DNA from: Planctomycetota bacterium
Lineage (GTDB): Bacteria > Planctomycetota > UBA11346
Assembly: GCA_038203025.1 (NCBI GenBank)
Contig: JBBREK010000002.1
Coordinates: 172-64,171 of the forward strand
Length of the DNA: 64,000 nucleotides
Direction of reading: 5' to 3'
Of this stretch, positions 18,079 through 27,182 are shown piece after piece. Each line of letters begins with the position of its first letter. Positions within the stretch are counted from its first letter, which is position 1. The translations under genes and the position numbers were made by a program. The notes beneath the pieces are model-generated. The model saw only the letters and a list, made by a program, of their open reading frames with translations. It was not told the origin of the DNA and did no database searches.

Positions 18079-19202
18079 GCCACCCCCAGCAGGTGGTGCC
18101 AGGATGCGACCATCGCGCCGACACCAAACTCCTGCGCCCGCGTGATGGCGGCGGCGCGAAGGCGCGCTGCAAGCACAGCGTCGTCAAGCACGCGGCGCAT
18201 CGCCTTCGCCAGGGCAGCCTGGTCGCCAGTCGGGATGAGGAGGCCGGCGCAGGCCGGGTCAGCGCCAAGAGCATCGCGGTTGCCGGGGATATCACTGGCG
18301 ACCACCGGGCAGCCAGCCTGCATCGCCTCCAGCAGAGCCAGGCTCAGACCCTCGAATCGCGATGGCATGGCGAACAGGTCGGCGGCGGCAAGCAGATCGG
18401 CAACCTCCTCGGCCGGCAACGCCCCGAGCAGATGCAGCCGCCTCGTTGCCCCGCCGACTTCAGCCTGACGGCGCAATCCTTCGGCCAACGGACCATCGCC
18501 GGCGATGGCTGCGTGCAGGTGCGGGATCGCGATCAGGGCCTGGATCAGATCGCCGTGCCCCTTCTCGGGTGATAGTCGCCCCACCGCAACAGCGAGGCGG
18601 TCTTCGGGCAGCAGGCCCAGTCTACGGCGCATGGCGACGCCGTCGCCCGGCCGCCGTTCCTCGATCCCGTTCGGGATGACCACCGGCCGCAACCAGGGCG
18701 GGCAGGCCCGAGCCACGCTGGGGGCAATGGCAACCCTTGCTGTGGCGGCAGGATGGAGGCTTGCACACAACTCCGCGCAACGCGCCACCATTGGCAGGCT
18801 GCCGAGAGGGGAATGCAGCACGGCGAGGCGCTGGCCCACCCCTGCTGCACGTGCCGCCGGCGGAACGAGCAGGTTGGCCCAATGAGTATGGGCAACGACG
18901 GCATGCGGCCGGCACCGCGACAGTTCGCTGCGCATGCGGGCGAGCAGGCCGGACAGGCCACGTAGGGACGGACGCCTGGACAATAGGGTGCGCACTCCCG
19001 GTTCGCCGGGAAACGCGGCTTGCTTGCGGTAGAGGAACCAGGTTTCGGCCGGAATGCCCGCCGCGCGGTGCGCCCGACACAAGCGGACAGCGAGACGCTG
19101 CGCACCGCCGGACTCCTCCTGAGTCACCACGTGGACGATCAAGCCGACCCCGTCTGGACGGGCCGAAGCAAGTGGAAGAACGAGGCGAGAAAGGCCGTCC
19201 AC
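18075..19202 (-). CDS. glycosyltransferase family 4
   Basis: GRLSPEKGHGDLIQAL...LHLLGALPAEEVADLLAAADLFAMPSRFEGLSLALLEAMQAGCPVVASDIPGNRDAL. Confidence 0.85.
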   Translation of the reverse strand: MDGLSRLVLPLASARPDGVGLIVHVVTQEESGGAQRLAVRLCRAHRAAGIPAETWFLYRKQAAFPGEPGVRTLLSRRPSLRGLSGLLARMRSELSRCRPHAVVAHTHWANLLVPPAARAAGVGQRLAVLHSPLGSLPMVARCAELCASLHPAATARVAIAPSVARACPPWLRPVVIPNGIEERRPGDGVAMRRRLGLLPEDRLAVAVGRLSPEKGHGDLIQALIAIPHLHAAIAGDGPLAEGLRRQAEVGGATRRLHLLGALPAEEVADLLAAADLFAMPSRFEGLSLALLEAMQAGCPVVASDIPGNRDALGADPACAGLLIPTGDQAALAKAMRRVLDDAVLAARLRAAAITRAQEFGVGAMVASWHHLLGVA

Positions 19203-20449
19203 AGCAATCCGTTGGGCTCCAGCAGGGTGGTGTCAGACAAGCCCTGCAGCGTCAGCAACCCGACGATGCCCAGCGACCAGATGGCCTGCCCGACGGCCAA
19301 GGCACGCCAGCGGCTCCACAACAGCAGGATGCTGGACACCACCAGCGCCAGCACCATGGCCACGCCGAGCAGGCCGAGTTCAAGCATGGTGTCGATCCAA
19401 CTGCTATGGCCGTTGGCCGCCTCCCAGCCAGTGGCATTCCACACCTCCAGGCTCGGGCCGAGGCCGGACCAGAAACCACGGAAGCCGTACCCGGCAATCG
19501 GCCGGTCGGCGATGTACGGGGCCAGGGCATTCCACAGGGTATAGCGACCCGTCGCCGTCATATCGCGCCCGAGTAGGGTTATCTGCTCGGGCCGGTCTGC
19601 CGAGTAGAAGACCTCCATCACCGCGATCGCCGCCGCAACCAGGACCGCCACGCCGACAATGGTGACCACCTGGGCCGCGACCCGACGGTGCCGGGCCAGC
19701 GCCAACCAGGCGGCGGTCAGCGAGACACAGGTGGCAAGGAACCAGGCGGTGCGCGATCCGCTCATGATGATGCCGGTCACCGTGATCAGCCCGAGGACGA
19801 CCGACCAGCGCCAGCGTGATGGCCAGGCGGTGCCGGCGTTGGCGAAGGCAGCCAGCAGTCCGACCACCATAGCCGTGCCAGCGACATTCTTCTGGATGAA
19901 CAGGCCTCGCCAGTCGCCGTCGTGATCGCCACCGTGGTGTACCGCCCATTCGGGGAAGAGCAGGCTGGCCACCAGCGAGCTGCCGCAGGCGATCCCGGCT
20001 GCAATACCGAGCAGGCGGGAGAGGCGTGGCCAGTCGCAGCACCACCCCAGGTGCATGGCGAGAACGCTGGTGCCGACAAGACCAACCAGGCGGCGCAGGG
20101 TGATGGCCGGCGATTCCGACCACAGCAGTGAAGCGGCGGCGAGAACGACCACGCCGATGGGTAGCAACATCTCCATTGGCAGCCGCAGCGGGCGGACACG
20201 CCGCAGCAGGACAAGGCCGGACACGACATAGCAGCAGCCGATGACCCACTGGAACAGCGGAGTCCCCCCCTGCAGGGTCAGGGCACGGGCTCCAGCAGTG
20301 ACGCCTGTCTCGACGTCGAAGCCGATCGAACCGCTGCTCTGGCTGTACGCCAGCGGGATGAGCCAGCTGAAGACCAGCAACAGGACGCCTATCAGATAGC
20401 CGTCTTCGATGCGCCAGCTCAGGCTCCTGTTTGGCTGCGATTCATGCAC
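19139..20449 (-). CDS. O-antigen ligase / Wzy-type polymerase family membrane protein
   Basis: 436 aa, about 10 or more TM helices, a Wzy_C-like loop and GHSSWIDTMLELGLLGVAMVLALVV. Confidence 0.75.
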   Translation of the reverse strand: MHESQPNRSLSWRIEDGYLIGVLLLVFSWLIPLAYSQSSGSIGFDVETGVTAGARALTLQGGTPLFQWVIGCCYVVSGLVLLRRVRPLRLPMEMLLPIGVVVLAAASLLWSESPAITLRRLVGLVGTSVLAMHLGWCCDWPRLSRLLGIAAGIACGSSLVASLLFPEWAVHHGGDHDGDWRGLFIQKNVAGTAMVVGLLAAFANAGTAWPSRWRWSVVLGLITVTGIIMSGSRTAWFLATCVSLTAAWLALARHRRVAAQVVTIVGVAVLVAAAIAVMEVFYSADRPEQITLLGRDMTATGRYTLWNALAPYIADRPIAGYGFRGFWSGLGPSLEVWNATGWEAANGHSSWIDTMLELGLLGVAMVLALVVSSILLLWSRWRALAVGQAIWSLGIVGLLTLQGLSDTTLLEPNGLLWTAFLASFFHLLRPVQTGSA

Positions 20450-21555
20450 GTGGCGAGTCCCAGGGCATCAAGATACAGCCTGGCCACCGTGCGCAGGTGG
20501 AAATCCTGCGCACGGGCACGCAAGGCGGCTCGATCGAACGGCCGAGCCAGGGCGGTGACGATGCCGCGCGCGAGTCTATCCGGCTCGCCGCAGGGCACCA
20601 GGACCCCATGCCGTCCACCAGCGAGGATCTCTGCCGGGCCAAAGGGGCAGTCGGTCGCCACCACCGGGGTACCGCAGGCTAGGGCCTCAACCAGCACGTT
20701 GCCAAAACCCTCGTAGCGTGAGGTGTGCACCAGCACGGCGGCTCGGGCCATGGCCGGCAGGGGATCAGCCAGCATGCCGGTAAAGGCGATGCGACCGGAC
20801 AGCTCGGCTTCGCGGACCTGCCGCTCCAGCGCTGCTCTTTCTGGCCCGTCCCCGATGATGACTAGGCGCAACCTGGCGAGTTCCGGCCTGGTCATGGCCG
20901 CGATCAACGTGGCGTGATCCTTCTCTGGCGATAGGCGCCCGACAGCGACCAGCGGCGGATCTCCCTCCCCGAACCACGGATGCGGAGCGGCCGCTGCGGC
21001 CCGGCCGGGGAAGCCATCGTCAACGACCGGGTTGTGTATGGCGACGCAGCGTGCCCGGCTGCCGGACAGGCGCCGGCGCCACTCGTCCGCCATTCCTTGC
21101 GACACCCCAATCAGGATGTCCGCGTCCCGATAGGCGTAGGGCGCAAGCAGCAGTGAGGCACGATGCCCTACCGACACCGCCCGTCGACTGTGCGCTGCAA
21201 AATGCGCATGCTCGGTCACCACGAGCCGACCGCACCAGGACGGCGCCAGACGCCTGGCTATGACCGCCGCGACATTGGCGTGCTCAAGGAAGGAGATGAG
21301 CGCCGCTGGTCTTCTGCGGGCCATATAGCGAGCGAGATGCGGTATAGCCGTGGCGGTCCGACCGCCGAGGGTAACGACCCGGACGTCCGGAGGCAGTCGT
21401 GCCAGCATGGCGCCATCGGCAACAACCAGCACGACCTCGACTTCTGCCCCATGCGCGCAGAGACCAGCAGCCAGGTTGACCAGGACGGCCTCGGCTCCGC
21501 CGGTGCGGAGGTGCGAGGCGAACAGCGCGATGCGCGGACCCGGTCTGTCCCCCAA
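20419..21555 (-). CDS. glycosyltransferase family 4
   Basis: GRLSPEKDHATLIAAM...LVIIGDGPERAALE...VLVHTSRYEGFGNVLVEALACGTPVVATDCPFGPAEIL. Confidence 0.85.
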   Translation of the reverse strand: MGDRPGPRIALFASHLRTGGAEAVLVNLAAGLCAHGAEVEVVLVVADGAMLARLPPDVRVVTLGGRTATAIPHLARYMARRRPAALISFLEHANVAAVIARRLAPSWCGRLVVTEHAHFAAHSRRAVSVGHRASLLLAPYAYRDADILIGVSQGMADEWRRRLSGSRARCVAIHNPVVDDGFPGRAAAAAPHPWFGEGDPPLVAVGRLSPEKDHATLIAAMTRPELARLRLVIIGDGPERAALERQVREAELSGRIAFTGMLADPLPAMARAAVLVHTSRYEGFGNVLVEALACGTPVVATDCPFGPAEILAGGRHGVLVPCGEPDRLARGIVTALARPFDRAALRARAQDFHLRTVARLYLDALGLATCMNRSQTGA

Positions 21556-21560
21556 CCGGT

Positions 21561-24500
21561 TCAGCCTGGCCCCGCAAGCGTGACACGCACCAGGCGCAAC
21601 GCGTCGGTGCGCAACGGCGTGCCGCTACCAGGCAGCGAGCGCACCTCGATCGGCCAGACATTGGTCGGAGCAAGGCGGATCAGACCGAGTTCGACCCAGC
21701 CAGAGACCGCCGGGGCCTTTTGCTGCAACTGACCGAGGCCGTCGGTGCCATCTGCGTCGCTGAGGCTGAATACGGCGGTGCCGCCGTTGGTCGGATTCAC
21801 CACGCGATAGGCCATCACCATGTAATCGCCCTCAGCCGGCGGGGCGTACCAACGCGCTGCCGCAGTCGCCACATCGCTCGAATAGCGGGTGGGGCCGCCC
21901 GTTGCTCCGAGCGTGCCACTGCTGGTCCACCACGCACCAGCCTCCTCGCGGTAGCTGATCGATGACGTCGGAATGGTGATATCCTCGGTAGGCAAGGCCT
22001 CAAATCGCACCGCGTCGGCCCGCACCGGTCCATCATTTGAAACGCCCTGGAGGGTGACTCGTCCCTGGCCGGCCAGGATCGGAACGGTTCCGAGCTCGAC
22101 CCACCGGCTGACGCCCGCGGTCTGGTTCAGCAGAGTCGTCGTGGTGCCGAGAGCGTGATCAAGGCCGACCCGCACCTGGTTGGCGCTGTTGAGGTCGCAG
22201 ACGCAGTAGACCGAGACCTTGTAAAGTCCTGGCGCCAGGACCGGCTCCCATACCGCCGAGGCACCGGGGTCGGTGCTGTAGCGGCTGGTGCCTCCGTTCG
22301 GGCTGGGAAGGATGCTGTCCCACCACGCACCGGAGGTTTCACGATAGCCCTGCTGGCCTCGGTCGAGTGTCACCGTCGTCTCGGGAGCGGCCGTCGGAGT
22401 GAGCCGCACTGCATCGGCGCGGAGGATGCCGGCTACCCCTGGCTTGCTGATGTCGATCATCGCCGCCCCCGGTCCCATCCAAACCTTGCCGAGGCTGACC
22501 CATCCGGCGCTGCCGGAGCGGAGGTCAAGATGCTGCGTCCAGGCACCGTGCAGACCGGTCATGCGGACCGCGGCCAGGTCTGACGAATTGGGGTCATAGA
22601 CGGCCCACACGCCAACTTCGAACCAGCCGGTGAGGTCGAGGTCGAAGGTATACGCGGCGCGCGCTGACGCATCGGCGCTCCAGCGGGCGGTGCTGCCGCT
22701 CCAGCCCTGGTGGACCGTGCTGTCCCACCAGGCTCCCGTCTCGGCATATCCGGCTTCGCCATTGTCGATCAACCAGACCGGATCGTTGTCGGCCTCTACC
22801 ACCAGTTCCGCTGGGTGGTCCACGACAACGACCCCGGGCGATGGTACAACTGCGACCTGCAGTGATTCCTGCGGTTCGCGGATGTCGTCATCGACTACCG
22901 CTATCACCACAGAGCCTTCCGTCGACCCGGCTGCAATTGTCACGCTGTTCGGGATCTGGTCCAGATCACGGCCGGCACGCAGGCTCCCGCCAGTGCTGAG
23001 CTGGAGGACCAAGTCTGTGTTATCAGGCCTGTTGCGCCGAGCCGTCAGCACCAATGTGCCCCCTTCTTGCGCCGTCCCTCCAACCAAGGACACCTCGGCT
23101 GGATCGGCAACCGGATTCACCGTCACCGCAACGCTCGCCGTCGCGCTGCCTCCGTTGCCGTCGCTGACCGTCAGGCCGAAGCTGTCGACACCAGCAAAAT
23201 CCGCGTTCGGCTGGTACGTTACCGCACCGGTGCCCGCGTCGACCGTCGCCGTGCCGTTGGCCGGCTGGCTGGCCAGCGACCAGGTTAGGGCGCCGCTATC
23301 TACATCGCTCGCCACCGCCTGGCCGGCGATGACGGTGTCCTCATCGCCGGTCAGGCTCAAATCCTGCGCCACCGGGGCGTCGTTGACCGGGGTCACGTCG
23401 ACCGTGGCGGTGACCACGTTCGAGGTGCCGCTGGCGGCGGTGACGGTGACCGAGACGGTGCGCTGGGCGACGTCCGGGGCCTGGCTGGTGTTGTCGTAGG
23501 CGACGCTGCGCAGCACCGCCTGGTAGGCGGCCGGCGTCGCAACGCCCGACAGGGTCAGGGTGCCGCTGGCGTCGTCCCAGGCCGCGCTGAGGCCGGCCTG
23601 CAGGGTGGCACCGAGGCGGTCCTGGCCGGCCCGGTGGTTGCCGCTGATCTGCGCCACGGCGCCGGTCAGCTGCGCGACGCCGAAGCCGTCGACGGCGAGG
23701 GCCGGCAGCACCGGCACCGGCGCTGCATCCTCGACGTAGGCGACGCTGCCCGAGCCGGAGAGGCTGGGGACGATCGGGCTGAGGGCGAGGTCGTCGTAGT
23801 AGACCGGGCCGGTGCCGTTGGCGTAGAGGTCGACGGCAGCGAGGTTGCGCACGCCGGTGCCGGTGGTTCCCTTGGTCCAGCTCTTCTCGTAGAGCTGCAC
23901 GCCGTCGTAGAAGAAGCGCTGGCGGTCGGCGGCAAAGTCGATGTCGACGCGCAGCGCAACCCAGCGGCCCTTGATCAGTGCGGTCTCGGCGTTGTCGAAG
24001 TCGGAATGGACGCGGTTGTTGCCGCCATTGAAGTAGACCTGCGTCGACCAGTTGCGGGCCGCGTCGTTGTCCTTGTAGGTGTTCAGCAGGATGAAGTAGG
24101 TCTTACCGGTGAAGCCAGCCGGCACGTACTGCCAGGCGCTGTAGCTCCAGCCGCCGGCGTCAATGCCCTTGTACTCGTGCACCAGATCAGTGGCGCCAGC
24201 GATGGCCACGCTGTTGGCGCCGCTGCGCGCCTGCGCCGCGCTGACCGTGGCGGTAGCGGCGGCGTTTGCGTCCCAGCCGTGCCAGCGGGTCTGGCCCTGC
24301 AGTTCGAGCTGATGCAGGTCGCTGCCGGCAGGCAGGCCGTCGAATCCTTCGCTCCACGGTGGGGTGCTGCGCGTAACCACGGCGACGGTGCGGGCGGCGG
24401 CGTTGGACTCGCTGCCGTCGCTGACGGTGAAGGCGATGGCGCGGGCGGCGGTGCCGGGGAAGGCCTGCGTGCTGCGCCAGGTCACCGCGCGCAGCGCGGC

Positions 24501-27020
24501 CTGGTACTGCGCCAGGGTGGCGCTGCCGCTGAGGGTCAGGGTGCCGGTGCCGGCATCCCATGTCCCACTGATGCCGTTCTGGTTGGTGAAGGCCAGGACA
24601 TCGCCGGCCTGAAGATTGCCGGCGATGCGCACGCTGGCGCTGCTGAGGTTGACGCTGTCGACGTCGCTGACGGTCAGCGCACCGGTGACCTTGAGGGCAG
24701 GATCGCCGTCGCGGAACCAGGCCAGGCCGGTCTCGATGCCGGCCAGGACCGGGGCGTCGTTGACCGGCGCCACTGCCACCGTCACCGTCACCGGCACGCT
24801 GACCGTGCCGTCGTTGACCAGCAGGACGAAGCTGTCGCTGCCGTTGAAGTCGGGGTTCGGGGTGTAGACGACCGCGCCGCTGAGCAGATCGACCACGCCG
24901 AGGGAGCCGTTCGCCGGGTCGGAGCCGAGCGACCAGTGCAGCGTGTCGCCGTCGACGTCGCTGGCCGACGGGGTGACGGTGACCGCCACGTCCTCGTCGG
25001 TGGCCGCGGCGCCCGAGGCCACTGGCGCGTCGTTGACCGGCGCCACCGCCACGGTCACCGGCAGCTCGACGGTGGTGAAGCCGTCGTAGACCGCCAGGGT
25101 GAAGGCGTCGCTGCCGTTGCTGTCCGAGTCCGGCGTGTAGACGACCGCACCGGTAGCGGCGTCGACCCTCACCGAGCCCTTGGCCGGCTGGGTGACCACG
25201 CTCCAGGTCAGGGCGTCGCCATCCGGATCGGTCGCGGTGGCGGTGCCGGAGATGACGCTGTCCTCGTCGCCGGCGAGGGCGAGCTCATCGACGGTCGGCG
25301 GCCGGCTGGGCAGCAGGCGCCACGACGGCACCACCTCGCGCGGCTGGCTGGCGCTGCTCCACAGCAGGGTGGCGCCGGCGGCGCCGGAGATGTCGCTCTT
25401 CTCCACGCGGATGGCGTGGGCGTGGCCGGCGGTCAGGGCGACGGCGGCGCTCAGCGTGCGATGGCCGCGTGCCCGCCAGTCGTTGATCACCTGCACGCCG
25501 TCGACCCACACGCGCACGCCATCGTCGGCAGCGACGCTGATGGTGTAGGTCTCGGTGAAGCGCGGGATGATGGCGCCTTCCCAGCGCGCCGACCAGCCAT
25601 CGGCGGAGAGGCCGGAGGCGGGGGCGGCGATGCCCCAGCGCCAGTCGAGGCGCGGATCGATGCGCACTACGGCCGGTGTGCCGGTGAGCGTCGTGTTGGC
25701 GAACAGGCTGGCGGCGAGACCGCGACCGGTGCCGTCGGGGACGCTCTGCACCACCGGACGCAGGGCGCCGGTGGGAATGTCACGCCGCGACATGCTGGCC
25801 GACTGCCACTGCAGACGCACCGAGGCATTGCCGCTCAGCTCGACGTACTCGACTATTAGCGGCAGGGCCTGGCCGGCGACCAGATCGATCGTCGCGGTGC
25901 TGGAGCCGGTGCCATGGAAGCGGTCGATGATCAGCTGGCCGCCGAGATAGACGCGGGCTCCGTCGTCAGCGCTGAGACGGAAGGTGGTGGCTTCGCTCCA
26001 CGCCGGGATCACCTCGCCTTCCCAGCGGGCGGCGAAGAAGTCGCTGGGCAGGCCACTGGCCGGTGGCGCGGTCTGCCAGTTGAAGTTCAGGCCGGTGTCG
26101 GTGCGCGAGAGCAGCGGCGCGGCACCCGGATTGGTCCCGCCAATGTAGCTGGCGAGCAGCCCGCCGTTGGGTCCGCCACCAAGCACGGTGACGCTGCGGC
26201 TGGCGACCGGTCCCAGCTTGCCGTCGGTGCCGCGCACCGCGGCGCGCACGTTGGCGCTGGCGGTAAGGGTGAGCAGGCCGCCGGCGACCGCCGGGCTGGA
26301 GGCGGTGGGCGCGCTGCCGTCGAGGGTGTAGATGATGACGCCGCCATCGAGCGGCGTGGCCAGGCCAAGCTGCACACTGCCGGTGCCGCTGGACGGGCCG
26401 GTGATCACCGGCGGGAATTCGTTGAGCTTGTCAGCCGAGCGCAGCTGGGCCTGCGGGATGATTTCGGCCGGGCCGCCGTCGCGCGACCACGACAGCTTCG
26501 CCGAAGCCTTGCCAAAGTTCTCGTAGTACTCGACGCGGATGCTGACCGCCGTGTTCTTGTTCAGCTTGATCGGCGCCGAGCTGACGTCGCGCGCCGACTG
26601 GTTGACCCAGCGGTCGATGACCAGGTTGCCGTCGATGTAGAGGCGCACGCCGTCGTCGGTGCGGGCGATGAAGACGTAGTCGCCCTTGTCGGGCGGTTCG
26701 ACCGTGCCGGTCCAGGTGGCGCCGAAGCGGTTGGCGGGGATGCCGGTGGCCGGCGCGCCGCTCTTCCAGTCGGCGTTGATGGACGGGGTGACGATCTCGA
26801 CGATCGGGGCCGGGACATCGAGCGGATAGAACTCGACGCTGAGTCCGGGCACGCCTTCGGTCCCGGCCTGACCGGCGAACGGCCGCACCGCGGGACGCAG
26901 GCCGCTGGAGAGGTTGCCGACCTCACGGCCCAGGCGGGCCAACTGATGATCGGTGGCGTCGACCCCGGACGGCAGTCCGGTCGCGCACCACAGCAGGGTA
27001 GGAGCAATGGATGTCAGCAT
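21561..27020 (-). CDS. giant secreted surface protein (1819 aa): 3x PA14, Fn3-associated-like, cadherin-like Ig repeats, LamG-like, Calx-beta, 4x golvesin-C-terminal-like domains
   Basis: PA14 signatures occur 3 times (for example FGATWTGTVEPPDKGDYVFIARTDDGVRLYIDGNLVIDRW...VEYYENFGKASAKLSW). There are DEDSVISGTATATDPDGDALTWSV-type repeats. Calx-beta is seen in LSTGGSLRAGRDLDQIPNSVTIAAGSTEGSVVIAVVDDDIREPQESL. The C-terminus has four repeats of GY.ETG.WW.S...G....RYS......A.W...L..G.Y.V......W..LG.......ADAVR. Confidence 0.9.
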   Translation of the reverse strand: MLTSIAPTLLWCATGLPSGVDATDHQLARLGREVGNLSSGLRPAVRPFAGQAGTEGVPGLSVEFYPLDVPAPIVEIVTPSINADWKSGAPATGIPANRFGATWTGTVEPPDKGDYVFIARTDDGVRLYIDGNLVIDRWVNQSARDVSSAPIKLNKNTAVSIRVEYYENFGKASAKLSWSRDGGPAEIIPQAQLRSADKLNEFPPVITGPSSGTGSVQLGLATPLDGGVIIYTLDGSAPTASSPAVAGGLLTLTASANVRAAVRGTDGKLGPVASRSVTVLGGGPNGGLLASYIGGTNPGAAPLLSRTDTGLNFNWQTAPPASGLPSDFFAARWEGEVIPAWSEATTFRLSADDGARVYLGGQLIIDRFHGTGSSTATIDLVAGQALPLIVEYVELSGNASVRLQWQSASMSRRDIPTGALRPVVQSVPDGTGRGLAASLFANTTLTGTPAVVRIDPRLDWRWGIAAPASGLSADGWSARWEGAIIPRFTETYTISVAADDGVRVWVDGVQVINDWRARGHRTLSAAVALTAGHAHAIRVEKSDISGAAGATLLWSSASQPREVVPSWRLLPSRPPTVDELALAGDEDSVISGTATATDPDGDALTWSVVTQPAKGSVRVDAATGAVVYTPDSDSNGSDAFTLAVYDGFTTVELPVTVAVAPVNDAPVASGAAATDEDVAVTVTPSASDVDGDTLHWSLGSDPANGSLGVVDLLSGAVVYTPNPDFNGSDSFVLLVNDGTVSVPVTVTVAVAPVNDAPVLAGIETGLAWFRDGDPALKVTGALTVSDVDSVNLSSASVRIAGNLQAGDVLAFTNQNGISGTWDAGTGTLTLSGSATLAQYQAALRAVTWRSTQAFPGTAARAIAFTVSDGSESNAAARTVAVVTRSTPPWSEGFDGLPAGSDLHQLELQGQTRWHGWDANAAATATVSAAQARSGANSVAIAGATDLVHEYKGIDAGGWSYSAWQYVPAGFTGKTYFILLNTYKDNDAARNWSTQVYFNGGNNRVHSDFDNAETALIKGRWVALRVDIDFAADRQRFFYDGVQLYEKSWTKGTTGTGVRNLAAVDLYANGTGPVYYDDLALSPIVPSLSGSGSVAYVEDAAPVPVLPALAVDGFGVAQLTGAVAQISGNHRAGQDRLGATLQAGLSAAWDDASGTLTLSGVATPAAYQAVLRSVAYDNTSQAPDVAQRTVSVTVTAASGTSNVVTATVDVTPVNDAPVAQDLSLTGDEDTVIAGQAVASDVDSGALTWSLASQPANGTATVDAGTGAVTYQPNADFAGVDSFGLTVSDGNGGSATASVAVTVNPVADPAEVSLVGGTAQEGGTLVLTARRNRPDNTDLVLQLSTGGSLRAGRDLDQIPNSVTIAAGSTEGSVVIAVVDDDIREPQESLQVAVVPSPGVVVVDHPAELVVEADNDPVWLIDNGEAGYAETGAWWDSTVHQGWSGSTARWSADASARAAYTFDLDLTGWFEVGVWAVYDPNSSDLAAVRMTGLHGAWTQHLDLRSGSAGWVSLGKVWMGPGAAMIDISKPGVAGILRADAVRLTPTAAPETTVTLDRGQQGYRETSGAWWDSILPSPNGGTSRYSTDPGASAVWEPVLAPGLYKVSVYCVCDLNSANQVRVGLDHALGTTTTLLNQTAGVSRWVELGTVPILAGQGRVTLQGVSNDGPVRADAVRFEALPTEDITIPTSSISYREEAGAWWTSSGTLGATGGPTRYSSDVATAAARWYAPPAEGDYMVMAYRVVNPTNGGTAVFSLSDADGTDGLGQLQQKAPAVSGWVELGLIRLAPTNVWPIEVRSLPGSGTPLRTDALRLVRVTLAGPG

Positions 27021-27182
27021 GGCGTTCTCGCCCGTATGCTAGACCCCGAAGGTGGCGAGATAAAGCATTAAACGCCAGGAAATATGCAGTGTTTGCCGCG
27101 CGCGACGGGGCAGATCGGCCCGCTTCGGGATGGGCCTCTGACCATCGCAGCTCGACGGACAGGAGACCCAGCGACTCATTCA

